In this document: one piece after another, positions 44,123 through 54,329 of the stretch
How positions within the stretch are numbered: the stretch's first letter is position 1
How the letters are laid out: every line of letters begins with the position of its first letter
DNA from: Candidatus Sulfomarinibacteraceae bacterium
Lineage (GTDB): Bacteria; Acidobacteriota; Thermoanaerobaculia; Thermoanaerobaculales; Sulfomarinibacteraceae
Direction: 5' to 3'
Assembly (NCBI GenBank): GCA_963785275.1
Contig: CAWAUY010000049.1
Coordinates: 133,116 to 197,115, forward strand
DNA: 64,000 nt
Made by a program: the position numbers and the translations under genes
The notes under the pieces: generated by a model
What the model was told of the DNA's origin: nothing
Databases searched by the model: none
Seen by the model: only the letters and a program-made list of their open reading frames with translations

Positions 44123-45706
44123 CTACCACGGTTGGAATTGCAGCCTCATGAGGAAGATATTGGCCGAACCACGGTCTTTCGGGTTGGCGAAGATGTAGTT
44201 GAACTCGATCCGCGTGGTGGCGTTTGGGTACCAGCTCAGGGCGGCACTGATGTCTGTGAGGTCGCCACCTTCGACCAGGCCATCGGTGAGGTCGATAGTG
44301 GAAAGACGCCCAACCACTTCCCAGGCGCCGCCGTTTCTCTTTTTAAACGGGTTGCCTTTGGTGTATTTTAGCGTCGGCCGCGAGCGGTCAAAGGTTCCGC
44401 TGTTGGTTCGGTAGGGCCTGCTCTCACCGGTCAGAAACCAACCGACCTGGACATAGGAGCCACTGAATCTCGGATCACCGTAGTTCTGAGCCGAGACATC
44501 ACTCAAGATGTACTCGGCCGCCACCCACAGAGGCCCCTGAACCGTCGCAAACTCGAGGCCCCCCAGCCTGACATGGCCGACATCGAGATCCCCCGTATCC
44601 ACGAGGAAGTCGACAAAACGTGCCTCCGGCCGCGACCGATATTGCAAGCTGCCCCCGGACGGCGACCTCGAACTCAAGGAAACACCGAGATGAATGAGTT
44701 TGCGCCCTTCGTCCCTGTACTCGAGCAGGTGAGTGAAGCGACCGGTCAGTGACAAGTTTGATTTGGAGGCGTTCTGCTCGTTCGTTTGCCCGAAGGAAAA
44801 CATCCCGAATGCCCAGCTGAAACGCCCCTTCCGACCGGAGTCGTGGACCATCCAACCAATGTTGGATCCCGGAGCGATGGTCTGTACCGGCAGCGACCGT
44901 TCCATGAAACCGATGTTGTATGAACTGGTCTGCCGCTCGAGGCTGAAAGGTTCGTTCATAAAACCCAGCCTGAGTTTGCCGAGGTAGGCCCCCCAGACCT
45001 CGAGTCCTCCTTCGGATCCCTCGATCCATGCATCGCTTACACCCCAATCGGGGCCGAAGTCGAATGCAAGGTTGAAGTTGAACTTGTTGACGCGCCCAGC
45101 CGCATAAAGCCCAAAACGGCGTATACCGAGATCGTTCTCGATCGGTCCATAGTTCTCGTCATAGTTTGTGTCGCCGCCGCCGACCGTACCGTCGATCTGG
45201 AACTTGCCGCCGATTCTGAACTTGAGTTTGCCGTCGAACAGACTGTAACGGGAGAGACCCCTCAAGGCAGCGACAAAATTTCCCCATTTCGTTTTGGCCG
45301 ATTCAGGCTCGATTTCGTTGAGATCGAAGGGCTGATAGTCGGTAAAGGCCGTTTCACCTGGGTTGATCTCGATATCGCTCTTATCCAGTTTTTCTTCGCC
45401 CTCCCCAGTCTCGACGGCCGGAGTCGGCGTAGGCGCAACCGCGGCCGTGTCGGCCTCCTCCACCTTTTCTGAGGGTCCGGTCGCGGAAGACGGTTCTTCC
45501 GCCTCAGGTGCAACCGGGGTCGGCGACGCGGTCGGACGCATCTCGGTCGGGACCGGGGTCGGCGACGGTGTGGAAGTCAGCAGCGAGGAGTCGTAACCGG
45601 CATTGGAGTCGAGACCGCCGTCGGCCACGGCGGAGGGCTCTGGGCGCCCGCCGTCGGCGCAAAAAACAGCAACGCCACCAGAAGCGACAGCATGACTCTG
45701 ATCATC
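44123..45706 (-). CDS. OprO/OprP-like anion-selective porin with Pro/Thr-rich N-terminal extension (start approximate, N-terminal frameshift)
   Basis: EPFSLE..TSS...FMERS, LGVSLS.R, RPEA, AEY, GSYVQ.GWFLTGESRPY, GAWEV..R.S.IDL.D, WYPN...R, MRLQF. Confidence 0.85.
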   Translation of the reverse strand, partial: DDQSHAVASGGVAVFCADGGRPEPSAVADGGLDSNAGYDSSLLTSTPSPTPVPTEMRPTASPTPVAPEAEEPSSATGPSEKVEEADTAAVAPTPTPAVETGEGEEKLDKSDIEINPGETAFTDYQPFDLNEIEPESAKTKWGNFVAALRGLSRYSLFDGKLKFRIGGKFQIDGTVGGGDTNYDENYGPIENDLGIRRFGLYAAGRVNKFNFNLAFDFGPDWGVSDAWIEGSEGGLEVWGAYLGKLRLGFMNEPFSLERQTSSYNIGFMERSLPVQTIAPGSNIGWMVHDSGRKGRFSWAFGMFSFGQTNEQNASKSNLSLTGRFTHLLEYRDEGRKLIHLGVSLSSRSPSGGSLQYRSRPEARFVDFLVDTGDLDVGHVRLGGLEFATVQGPLWVAAEYILSDVSAQNYGDPRFSGSYVQVGWFLTGESRPYRTNSGTFDRSRPTLKYTKGNPFKKRNGGAWEVVGRLSTIDLTDGLVEGGDLTDISAALSWYPNATTRIEFNYIFANPKDRGSANIFLMRLQFQPW

Positions 45707-45755
45707 AACTCGGGGATTCGTTGTGTGTGCACGGCGACATCCTAACTCAAATTGA

Positions 45756-46751
45756 TCAGGCTTTCGCCCCACCGGGTGCCCTTCGCACCAGCAACCACAG
45801 GAAGAACGGTGCGCCGAGGAAGGCGGTAATGACCCCGACCGGCAATTCGGCCGGGGCGAGAATGACCCGCGCGGCAGTATCGCAGACGGTCAGGAACGCA
45901 CCCCCGAAGAGCACGGAAGCCGGGAGCAGCACCCTATGGTTGGGGCCAACCAGAAGGCGGCAGATGTGGGGGGCCATCATGCCGACAAAACCGATCGGCC
46001 CGCACCCTGCAACCACCCCACCCACCATGATCGAGGTGGCGAGGAAGAGCACGGTTCGGCTTCGGGCGACGGCGACGCCTCGGCTCGCCGCGATCTCAGG
46101 GCCGGTGGCCAGAAGGTCGAGCTCGCGGGCGCGCCACCAGATCACAGCGGCACCCAGCAGCACGACCGGTGCCATATGGAGGACAGTGCGCATGTCGACG
46201 GCGCCCAGACCACCCATCAGCCAGCGAATAATGCGGTAGGAGTCACCGAGCGAGGCCGTGTACTGGACAAAGAGAATCACGCTCGAAAAGAAGAAGTTCA
46301 TGGCCACGCCGGCAAGCAGGAGGATGGTGGACGACAGATCGGGCCGGAGCTTCGTCAGTGCCCACACAACGCCCACAGCCAACAGAGCGCCGGCAAAGGC
46401 CGCCGCGACGTTGGTCGAGAGCCCGACAACGACGACCGAAAGCCCCAACCTGCTCGCCAGCGCGACACCCAACGACGCGCCACTCGCCACACCGAGGGTG
46501 TAGGGCGTGGCGAGCGGGTTGCGAAAGACCGCCTGGAACACCGCCCCGCCGAGAGCCAGACCCGCGCCGCCGATACACGCCGCCAGCACCCTCGGCACCC
46601 GGATCTGCCAGAATATGACGGCCGCCGGATCTGCCCCCCGCGGGTCGAGCACAACTGACAGCGGGAGAGCCTGCATCCCCACCAAAGGCATCACGGCAAC
46701 CACCACCAACGCCGCGACACCCAGAAGACCCAGCTTCACACCCGGTTTCAC
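45756..46751 (-). CDS. btuC: Cobalamin ABC transporter permease (FecCD/BtuC family)
   Basis: IRVPRV, FQAVFRNPLA.PY.LGVASGA, GPIGFVG...PH, ELPVG..TA..GAPFF. Downstream of the B12 riboswitch. Confidence 0.88.
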   Translation of the reverse strand: MKPGVKLGLLGVAALVVVAVMPLVGMQALPLSVVLDPRGADPAAVIFWQIRVPRVLAACIGGAGLALGGAVFQAVFRNPLATPYTLGVASGASLGVALASRLGLSVVVVGLSTNVAAAFAGALLAVGVVWALTKLRPDLSSTILLLAGVAMNFFFSSVILFVQYTASLGDSYRIIRWLMGGLGAVDMRTVLHMAPVVLLGAAVIWWRARELDLLATGPEIAASRGVAVARSRTVLFLATSIMVGGVVAGCGPIGFVGMMAPHICRLLVGPNHRVLLPASVLFGGAFLTVCDTAARVILAPAELPVGVITAFLGAPFFLWLLVRRAPGGAKA

Positions 46752-47539
46752 GAGCCGTTCCTCGCCGGCATCACAAAGGGCAGACCGCGATGACCGCCTG
46801 CCACCAGCCGGAAGTCGGCTCCAAAAATCTCCGCCAGAACGTTCTCATCGAGGAGGTCGCCCGGCGCGCCCTTTCGTTCGACCCGTCCACCCTTGAGAGC
46901 GAGCACCGAATCCGCCGACGCGACTGTGCTGTTGAGGTCGTGGGTGACCGCCACCACCGTCAGACCCTTCTCCCGGTGAAGTCGTTCCAGAAGATCGAGA
47001 ATCTGCACCTGGTGCCGGTAGTCGAGGAAGCTCGTGGGCTCGTCGAGCAGCAGAATTGACCCACCCTGCGCAAGCGCCGCCGCAATCGATGCCCGCTGGC
47101 GTTCTCCACCCGAGAGCGAGGCCATTGAACGATCCGCGAGATTGGCGACTTCGGTCAGATCCATGGCCTCAGACACTGCTGCCTGATCAGCTTCGGTCAA
47201 TGCCGCCCACGCTGTGAGGTATGGAAAGCGTCCCATCTCGACGAATGACCGCACGGAGTAATCGAGGAGTCCGGCGTCCGGCTGTGGCACGTAGCTGACG
47301 GTTCGAGCCAGATCGCGCCGGCTCAGGTCCTGCAGATCACGACCGCAGATCTCGATGCGGCCGGTCGATGGTTCGATAATGCCGTCAATACACCGCAGGA
47401 GCGTCGATTTCCCCGCCCCGTTCGGCCCGATGACAGCCAGAAACTCGCCGCGGTCCACGCTGAAGTCGACGTCATGCAGAATCCCTGCGTTTCCATAACG
47501 GACGCTGAGGCACTCAACGAGAAGCGCCGGTGCACTCAC
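46748..47539 (-). CDS. btuD: Cobalamin ABC transporter ATP-binding protein
   Basis: GPNGAGKST, LSGGERQR, LLLDEPT, VTHDLN. Confidence 0.88.
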   Translation of the reverse strand: MSAPALLVECLSVRYGNAGILHDVDFSVDRGEFLAVIGPNGAGKSTLLRCIDGIIEPSTGRIEICGRDLQDLSRRDLARTVSYVPQPDAGLLDYSVRSFVEMGRFPYLTAWAALTEADQAAVSEAMDLTEVANLADRSMASLSGGERQRASIAAALAQGGSILLLDEPTSFLDYRHQVQILDLLERLHREKGLTVVAVTHDLNSTVASADSVLALKGGRVERKGAPGDLLDENVLAEIFGADFRLVAGGHRGLPFVMPARNGS

Positions 47540-48456
47540 GGCCTGTCCCAGTCGAGCTGCGGGTGCAACGCCCTCGCCACCTCGCGAACCATTTCAGGCA
47601 GGCGGGGCCCCGGCACCACCATCAGATCCCCTTCGAGGACCCGCACCCGGTCGTCGCGCACCGCCCGCAACTCGGTGAGACGGCGCCAGCCTTCCGCGAC
47701 CTGGGCGATCTCGAATCCCCGCTCCTCGACCCCGGCTACGACATCGAGCACGACATCCGGGTCGAGGGCGACCAGCCCCTCGCGGGAGAGCTCCGGGTAG
47801 CGGACGATGCCGCCCTCCACTGCGTTGACCCCGCCCGCGATTTCCAGAACCCCGCTGTAGAAAGTGTCCGGGCCCGCCGCCCACACCGCGCGCACCACCC
47901 CACCGCTGATGTCGTGACCAACCGCCACCACGGTGCGCAGTCGAGGGGCGCCTTCGACAACAACGCTCACCTCGGCCAGACGCTGCTCGATATCGGCCCG
48001 CAACTGCTCGCCCCGAGTCTCGACACCACACGCTGCCGCAAGAACCGAAATCGAGCCCAGCAAAGAGTCGACATCGTGTTGGTCCACCTCCAGAACCGGC
48101 AGCCCGAGCGACCGCAAACGGCGCCCGTTGGCCTCCCCGGAGGGAATCAGCACGACCAGGTCGGGCTCGAGGGCGACGATGGCCTCGAAATTCGGATCGA
48201 GGTGGCCGCCGATCTTCGGCAGCCGTTGCACATCGGAGGGGTTGGCGCAGTAGCGCGTGACGCCAACCACGCGATCGCCCACACCCAGGGCAAAAAGGGT
48301 TTCTGTGAGGCTCGGGGCCAGACTCACGATGCGTTGCGGCGAACCTGCGCCGGCCCCCGCGTCGACCGGCACATTTTCGCTCCACCCGCAGGCAAAGCAT
48401 CCGCCGATCGTCACGAGGACAGATGCCAGAAATCCCGACTGTCGGCTTCGCGCCAC
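47536..48456 (-). CDS. btuF: Cobalamin-binding periplasmic protein (helical backbone metal receptor)
   Basis: PQRIVSLAPSLTETLFALG.GDRVVGVT.YC..P, PNFE.IVAL.PDLV, PGPRL. First gene after the riboswitch. Confidence 0.88.
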   Translation of the reverse strand: MARSRQSGFLASVLVTIGGCFACGWSENVPVDAGAGAGSPQRIVSLAPSLTETLFALGVGDRVVGVTRYCANPSDVQRLPKIGGHLDPNFEAIVALEPDLVVLIPSGEANGRRLRSLGLPVLEVDQHDVDSLLGSISVLAAACGVETRGEQLRADIEQRLAEVSVVVEGAPRLRTVVAVGHDISGGVVRAVWAAGPDTFYSGVLEIAGGVNAVEGGIVRYPELSREGLVALDPDVVLDVVAGVEERGFEIAQVAEGWRRLTELRAVRDDRVRVLEGDLMVVPGPRLPEMVREVARALHPQLDWDRP

Positions 48457-48469
48457 GGCCCCTCCGCGT

Positions 48470-48501
48470 AAAAAAATCCCGGGCCCCATCGGGCCCGGGA
48501 T
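48470..48501 (-). terminator. Intrinsic terminator of the riboswitch expression platform
   Basis: Minus strand ATCCCGGGCCC-gatg-GGGCCCGGGAT followed by a T-run, between the aptamer and the btuF start. Confidence 0.8.
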
Positions 48502-48573
48502 GCCGTTTTTCATCCACGGTCTGCGAGTGTGATGGCCGCCCCATCCGCGAGGGCTCTCGGCATCACCGCCTCC

Positions 48574-48735
48574 GGGCAAGGTCTTCTGACTTCCGGATCC
48601 TCCTACCGGCCAACCCTTCCCACGGTGCAACACCGCAGTGGTGATATTGGCTTTCGTCCCCGGTCACAGCGGCGGGACCGCGACGGATTCGCACCGTCTT
48701 CCCCACACCCGAAGCTCACCGAGTGTACCTCTCTG
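48574..48735 (-). ncRNA. Cobalamin (AdoCbl) riboswitch
   Basis: Minus strand AGGT...GGGAAGACGGTGCGAATCCGTCGCGGTCCCGCCGCTGTGA...CCACTG...GGGAAGG...AGTCAGAAGACCTTGCC (B12 box), upstream of btuF-like genes. Confidence 0.95.
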
Positions 48736-48762
48736 AGTTCTGGTTCACAACGTTCGGACGTC

Positions 48763-49326
48763 TTATCGAACCCACCGCGTCGGCACCCAGACCCTGCGGC
48801 TCTCCCACGGCCCTGAGAGAATACGAACCTGCACCACCCGGCCCCTCGAGGCCGATCCGAGCACTCGAACGCCCGTGCCTCGGTCCATCTCGACCGCGCG
48901 ACCCTGTTCGATCAGAAATGAAAGCTCCCCGCCCTCGACGATATCGCCGGCTTTAGCCAGGACGCCTGCAGAGTCGGGGTCCAAGGCGACAAAAACGCGC
49001 CCACCGGAGTCGTTTTCGAGGGCACCGATTTCGCCCGTCGATCGCTGATGTCCGAGAATCGAGCCGCTCTGATCCTGGCCGAGCCACCACACCAGAAGAA
49101 CCAGAGGGATCAGCGCGACCAGCCACTTGAGGTGACGCGTCCAGCTCCGCCGAGGTCCGGTCTGGACGACTTCTACAGGGGCCGGCTCCACCTCGTCTGC
49201 ACCGACGGGCAACATCGCCAGAAACTCCGCCCGACACGAGGTGCATCGGAGCGTGCGGCCGAGATACCGCTCGTGCACCTGCATGTGCGAACCGCATTTC
49301 TCACAGGTGTGGATGTAACCAGGCAT
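48763..49326 (-). CDS. Zinc-ribbon membrane-anchored hypothetical protein
   Basis: CEKC...CTSC N-terminal ribbon, one TM helix (WLVALIPLVLLVWWLG), small beta-rich C-terminal domain. Confidence 0.7.
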   Translation of the reverse strand: MPGYIHTCEKCGSHMQVHERYLGRTLRCTSCRAEFLAMLPVGADEVEPAPVEVVQTGPRRSWTRHLKWLVALIPLVLLVWWLGQDQSGSILGHQRSTGEIGALENDSGGRVFVALDPDSAGVLAKAGDIVEGGELSFLIEQGRAVEMDRGTGVRVLGSASRGRVVQVRILSGPWESRRVWVPTRWVR

Positions 49327-49370
49327 TCGGGGTCAATTCTCCGTCACTACGAGCTTATCAAACGGATACT

Positions 49371-49460
49371 GATGTTTGATGTTTGGTATTTGATGTTGGA
49401 TCGTCGCATCTTGCCTGTTCGCAACGCCAATCCAATAACAAATATCCAACATCAGAATCC
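49371..49460. repeat. Inverted pair of heptamer arrays (TGATGTT / AACATCA type)
   Basis: tgatgtt tgatgtt tggtatt tgatgtt ggat ... atccaat aacaaat atccaac atcagaa tcc. Confidence 0.7.
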
Positions 49461-49534
49461 GGTCGGTCGTCAGGGGGATTGGATACCAGACAATTTCAGA
49501 ATCGCACCTCCACCGTGCGCGGCGCGGCCCAGGA

Positions 49535-49641
49535 CGCGCTTCCCGAGGAGCCACCTTCAACATTATTGGCCCGCATCACCCTGCCAGCGTGAACGTTTGT
49601 GTGTCCAACAATATTGAAAATGGCACCTCCACCGCACGCGG
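49535..49641 (-). repeat. Dispersed hairpin element, type 1, copy D
   Basis: Minus strand CCGCGTGCGGTGGAGGTGCCATTTTCAATATTGTTGG-(35 nt)-CCAATAATGTTGAAGGTGGCTCCTCGGGAAGCGCG, with an extra half-site at 49504-49522. Confidence 0.8.
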
Positions 49642-49688
49642 ACTTGTTGTGCAACGTTCGAACGCCTCAGTACGATGTTGCGATGAAA

Positions 49689-49720
49689 ATTCCTAATTCC
49701 TAATTCCTAATTCCTAATTC
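49689..49720 (-). repeat. Heptamer array (TTCCTAA)x4 at the amidohydrolase stop
   Basis: ttcctaa repeated four times. Confidence 0.8.
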
Positions 49721-51396
49721 GCCCGGTACCTCACCTTCCCCCCAACGATCGTGTACAGCACCGTTGTGTCTGCGATCTGGTCGTCCGGGACGATGAGAAT
49801 GTCCTGCGACAGAACGGTGATGTCGGCCAGTTTGCCGACCTCGAGGGAGCCCTTGATGTCCTCTTCGAATGCGGCATAGGCGGCATCGAGGGTCCGCACC
49901 CTCAGCGCCTCCTCGCGCGTCATGCTCTGTTCGGGGTAGAACACCTCGCCGTTGTTCATCAATCTGGTGACGGCGGCCTGGTAGTCGGGGATCGGGTCGA
50001 CAGACTCCACCGGCGCGTCGGTCCCGCCTGCGATCACAGCCCCCGAATCAAGGAGACTGCGCCACACATAGGCTCCGGTCTTCGGAACGTTCGTCACCCA
50101 GCCGCAGTGGAACCCAGGGGCCGTCGGAGGTGCAGTGGACTGGCTGCATGGCGGCGACCACGCCCAATTCCTGGAATCTCGGGATGTCGTCGGGGCTGAG
50201 GTGCTGGGCGTGTTCCACCCGCCAGCGCAGGTCCGTGCCCGTCGGGCCGGGCATCGATCGTCTCCTGGTAGACATCGAGCGTGACGCGGTTGGCCCGATC
50301 GCCGATGGCATGCGAGCACAGCTGGAGACCGTATTCGGCCGCCAGACGTGCCGATTCGCGGAGTTCGTCGGGCGTGACGATGTTGAGGCCGGTGCTCTCC
50401 GGCAGATCGGTGTAGGGCTCGAGCAACCACGCGCCGTGCGAACCGAGGGCGCCGTCGACCCAGCGTTTGATGCCGCCGACGGTGAGGACATCACCGCCCT
50501 CGCGGTAGACGCGGTAGCCGGGCAAACCCTCGGCAAGATCCTCGTTGTTCTCCGACAGCATCACCCAGAGCCGAACCGGCAGCTCGCCTTCTGCGGCCAT
50601 CTGCCGGAAGAGTTCCACCTGGCGAAAGCTCGAACCGGCGTCTTGAAAGGACGTGATGCCCCGCGACAGGCTCTCTTCAGCCGCGAGTTCGGCCATCCGG
50701 CGAACGGTCGCCTCATCCCACTCCGTGTCGAGTTGCGACCCAACGAGATCCTCCGCGGTCTCGCGCAGCACCCCGATCGCCTCGCCCCCGGGCCCTCTGA
50801 CGATTTCACCTCCGGGCGGGTTGGGCGTCGCGTCGTCGATGCCCGCCATCTCCATCGCCAGAGCGTTGACCATCGCTGCGTGGCCGCTCGCGTGGGTCAG
50901 CATGACGGGGTTTTCGGGCGAGATCGCGCTCAAATCATCGTGGTAGGGCAGACCGGAAACGTTGGGCTCGGGTGTCGCCGCCCACTTCTCCTGGTGCCAC
51001 CCACGACCCAGAATCCACTGCCCGGGTTCGGCCTCGGCAACCGCGCTCTCCACCATTGCGACCAGTTCGTCAAAGCCCGCAGATCGGCCGCAGATCGAGC
51101 TGCATCCTGGCCCGGCCGACGCTGAGAAAGTGTCCGTGGCCTTCGATCAGCCCCGGCACCGCCATCGCGCCGCCGAGGTCGACGACCTCGGTCTCCGGGC
51201 CGATCAGGCTCTCGGCTTCAGCATTGGATCCCACCACCACCAGCTTCTGGCCGCGGCTCGCCACAGCTTCCGCGGTGGGATTGGCAGCATCCATCGTGGC
51301 GAACCGGCCGTTGACGAGCACCAGATCAGCCGGTTCCTCCACCGGCGCACAGGCTATTAACGACACCGCGATCAGGAGCAGACAACAACGCCTCAT
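49714..51396 (-). CDS. Amidohydrolase-3 (YtcJ-like) lipoprotein, frameshifted
   Basis: Lipobox LIAC, VDLGG...PGLIEGHGH, GRGW, SGHA..VN, DGALGS.GA.L.EPY, HAIGDRAN, RVEHAQ, GTDAPV, GSLEVGKLAD. Confidence 0.9.
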
Positions 51397-51427
51397 GGCA
51401 ACCTCCGCGGTAAGGGTACACCCTCTC

Positions 51428-51545
51428 GAATTCTCAATTATGAATTATGGATTTTGAATTTGGGGCCGCGCCGGTAGCATTCTTGATCACTGAGGTTGCG
51501 TGCGATGAAATTCAAAATTCAAAATTAAGAATCCAGAATTCAATC
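51428..51545. repeat. Inverted pair of heptamer arrays between the TonB receptor and amidohydrolase genes
   Basis: gaattct caattat gaattat ggatttt gaattt ... aaattca aaattca aaattaa gaatcca gaattca. Confidence 0.8.
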
Positions 51546-53724
51546 AAAGCCTCCCTCGCAGTACGAGTTGCAGGGACCGTCCCGGCGCGAGCACGGCGTC
51601 CTCGTCCGACGACGCGAGGTGGGTGCGGTTGAGGAGATTTCGGCCGAGCAGCGAGATGTCAAGCCAATCGGAGACGATAAAGCCGACGCCGGCGTCGACT
51701 ACCCCGTACCCGGGCACGTCCCGCTCGGTCGGTCCAGGCCGGTCATCGCCTGCATACGCAGCGCCGCGAACCATCCACCACCACTGTCTCGAGGGCTCGC
51801 CGCGCACGACGGCAAACACACCCGGGGCCGGAACGCCGTCGGTGGGAGAGCCATCGGCGACGATCTCACCGCGAAGGGCATGGGCCCCCACCTGGAGTTT
51901 GAGGGACGGGCCAATGGCAATGCTTGCCTCCAGTTCCAGACCTGAAATCTCCGACTCTCCGTAGTTGCGAAAAGTGAAATCTTCGCCCACCCTGAAACGC
52001 TCGATGAGGTCGTCGATGCGGTATTGGTAGGCGTAGAACCCGATTGCCGTCCGCCGCCCTTCGTATCGCAACGCGAGATCGAACTGAAGACTGGTCTCGG
52101 GTTCGAGCTCGGGGTTGCCGGTGATGAATCCCCGCCCGGTCTCGCCGCGGTAGTAACGATCGGAGAGCAGCGGGTCTCGAAATCCGCGCGCCACCTGAGC
52201 GGTCAATGTGAGGTCTTTCCCCAGATCGACACCGACGGCGGCAAATCCCGACACGGCGGAGTTCGAGGTACTGAAATCCCCGAAGTACCCTCCCCGGTTG
52301 TGGCTCGTCACGAGATCGCCGCGGACACCGAAGTTGAAGGTCAAGACACCGTGGTCGCCGCCGACCGTGGCGAAGGCGCCGTAGTCCGTGCCGTGCGCGG
52401 ATTCGATGCTGATTTCACTCGTTGATTCTGTGGGTGTTCCACCCGAGTCAAACACCGTGTTCTTGTTGACCGCGCTGAGGTCGTAGCGACCGCTGACATC
52501 GACCCCGAGAACCATACGCCAGGAGCCAAGCGACCGTTCAGCATCTGCGCGGAACGAAAAATCGTTGGCGTCGACCCGTGATTCGGCGAGGTCACGAGGA
52601 GCGAATTCGGTGGCGAAGCGATCCTTGGCGAGGTCGATCCGGTAGTCATCCCAGGCCAGGCTGACTTCGATCCGGCTCCAGGAACCCGGGCCGGGTCGCA
52701 CGAAACCCAGACTCAACCGATCCGAGCTTTCGATCGGGTAATACACGCTGCGTGCAGACGAGTCGGGCGCCGGTTTGCCGACATCGCGTGCCTCGTCGGT
52801 CCGCCACAGAACGTGCGCCACGCCGCCCGACACCGCCGCCTGCCAGCCGACTCGAAAGCCGATCATTTCGGACCCGGAATCGAGCACCCTGCCTTCAGGG
52901 CTTTCGTAATCGCCGTACTCTCGATAGTTGGCGCCAACCAGGACACCACCACCGAACAGCGGGGCAGTGGCCTCGGCCGCCGCTGCGACTTCGTCGAGCC
53001 CCGTGCCGCCGATCAGGCTCCAGTGGACGGTCCGGTTGCCCTGCGTGTCGGGCAGCCTCGTCCGCGACCGGATGATGCCGCCAAAGGCATCCGAACCGTA
53101 GGCCACCGATCCGGGGCCCCTGACCACTTCGACCTCCTCGATGGTCTCGGGGTCGAGGTAGGTTGCCGAGGGCCCCGCCCGGCGCTCCGAGCGCACGCGC
53201 CCATCATCGAGCAGCACTAACGTCCGGTGCTGCGGCAGACCGCGGAGGCTGGGCACCGCTGCGTGGCCGTCGCCACTGACTTCGGCGCCGGGGAGGTTTT
53301 CAAGAGTCTGGAAAAGCTGGGCCGGCACCCGCTGACCGAGATCGCCGCGGCCCATCACGGTGGTTGCGACGGCCGGCGGCAGCTCGAGATCGGGCACGAT
53401 CCCGCTGACCACCATCACGGTCTCCCCCGCCGGCGCCACAGTGACCGTCAACGGGCCCTCCACCGGCAGTGCCGCCACCGTCACCGGGCGCAGGGCCACC
53501 CCGTCGGGCCGGGCCACAAAAAGAACAAATGGGACTTCAGGCACCGGATCGAGGATGAAACGCCCGTCATTGTCGGCAAGCAGCAAGTCGCCGCGGCCGA
53601 TCACGGTGACCCGGGCGCCTGCCAACGCCGATCCATCGAAGTTCTCAACGCGGCACTCCAGTGCGGTCGCCGCGGTGGCGACGCACAACACAGTCACGAG
53701 CAACAGCGGGATGGATGGGCGCAT
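51544..53724 (-). CDS. TonB-dependent outer-membrane receptor
   Basis: Signal peptide, plug motifs SLRG, LVLLDDG, IEEVEVVRGPGSVAYGSDAFGG, barrel motifs GNPELEPETS, NLLNR, PGRS. Confidence 0.92.
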   Translation of the reverse strand: MRPSIPLLLVTVLCVATAATALECRVENFDGSALAGARVTVIGRGDLLLADNDGRFILDPVPEVPFVLFVARPDGVALRPVTVAALPVEGPLTVTVAPAGETVMVVSGIVPDLELPPAVATTVMGRGDLGQRVPAQLFQTLENLPGAEVSGDGHAAVPSLRGLPQHRTLVLLDDGRVRSERRAGPSATYLDPETIEEVEVVRGPGSVAYGSDAFGGIIRSRTRLPDTQGNRTVHWSLIGGTGLDEVAAAAEATAPLFGGGVLVGANYREYGDYESPEGRVLDSGSEMIGFRVGWQAAVSGGVAHVLWRTDEARDVGKPAPDSSARSVYYPIESSDRLSLGFVRPGPGSWSRIEVSLAWDDYRIDLAKDRFATEFAPRDLAESRVDANDFSFRADAERSLGSWRMVLGVDVSGRYDLSAVNKNTVFDSGGTPTESTSEISIESAHGTDYGAFATVGGDHGVLTFNFGVRGDLVTSHNRGGYFGDFSTSNSAVSGFAAVGVDLGKDLTLTAQVARGFRDPLLSDRYYRGETGRGFITGNPELEPETSLQFDLALRYEGRRTAIGFYAYQYRIDDLIERFRVGEDFTFRNYGESEISGLELEASIAIGPSLKLQVGAHALRGEIVADGSPTDGVPAPGVFAVVRGEPSRQWWWMVRGAAYAGDDRPGPTERDVPGYGVVDAGVGFIVSDWLDISLLGRNLLNRTHLASSDEDAVLAPGRSLQLVLRGRL

Positions 53725-53743
53725 GCGGTCTGCTTTTCCTGTC

Positions 53744-54325
53744 TCAGCGTTCAACGAGACGCAACATATCATCGGCCATCCCCAGCGTCAGACCCCAAAT
53801 GAGATGGCCGTCGTAACGATAGCAGGGAAGATCGAGCGCCAGTCCGTAGCGGCGATAGGGCATGGTCTCGCGATTGGCGCGATCGGCCAGGAAGGCCACC
53901 GGGACCCAGACCACAGTTTCCACCTCGTGGTTCGTTTTCAACTCCGGTGTGGTCTGCAGCTCAAAGACAAACGGGCTGATCACCAACGAGAGCGGGCGAC
54001 CTCGGCCGACCGCGCGCACGTCCGAAAGCCTGCCCAACGGTAGGGCATCCTTCTCCAGATCGAGACCCACCTCCTCGCGGGTCTCGCGCAGCGCGGCGGC
54101 GTGGGCGTCCGCGTCACCAACGTCCACCTTGCCACCAGGGAAGGCCATGTGGCCGGACCAGGGGTCGCGCGGGTCCTCCGCTCGATGAATGAAGAGCAGC
54201 TCGGGCCCGGTGGCGCCAGGGCGGAGAATCGCCGCCACCGCCGCCCTCCGCATGCCCTCGAAATCCGGGATGTCCAGAGGCGAACGGCCGACGAGCGCGG
54301 CGCGAAAATCGTCGATCGTCAACAC
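53744..54325 (-). CDS. Nudix hydrolase, CoA pyrophosphatase (NudL-like)
   Basis: RAAVA, WSGHMAFPGGKVD...AALRETREEVGL, N.EV, IWGLT. Confidence 0.9.
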   Translation of the reverse strand: MLTIDDFRAALVGRSPLDIPDFEGMRRAAVAAILRPGATGPELLFIHRAEDPRDPWSGHMAFPGGKVDVGDADAHAAALRETREEVGLDLEKDALPLGRLSDVRAVGRGRPLSLVISPFVFELQTTPELKTNHEVETVVWVPVAFLADRANRETMPYRRYGLALDLPCYRYDGHLIWGLTLGMADDMLRLVER

Positions 54326-54329
54326 GCGG

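Noticed and set aside
48457-48633. N-terminal extension of BtuF in the ORF track
   Set aside because: It overlaps the riboswitch and terminator; GTG 48456 gives a normal signal peptide.
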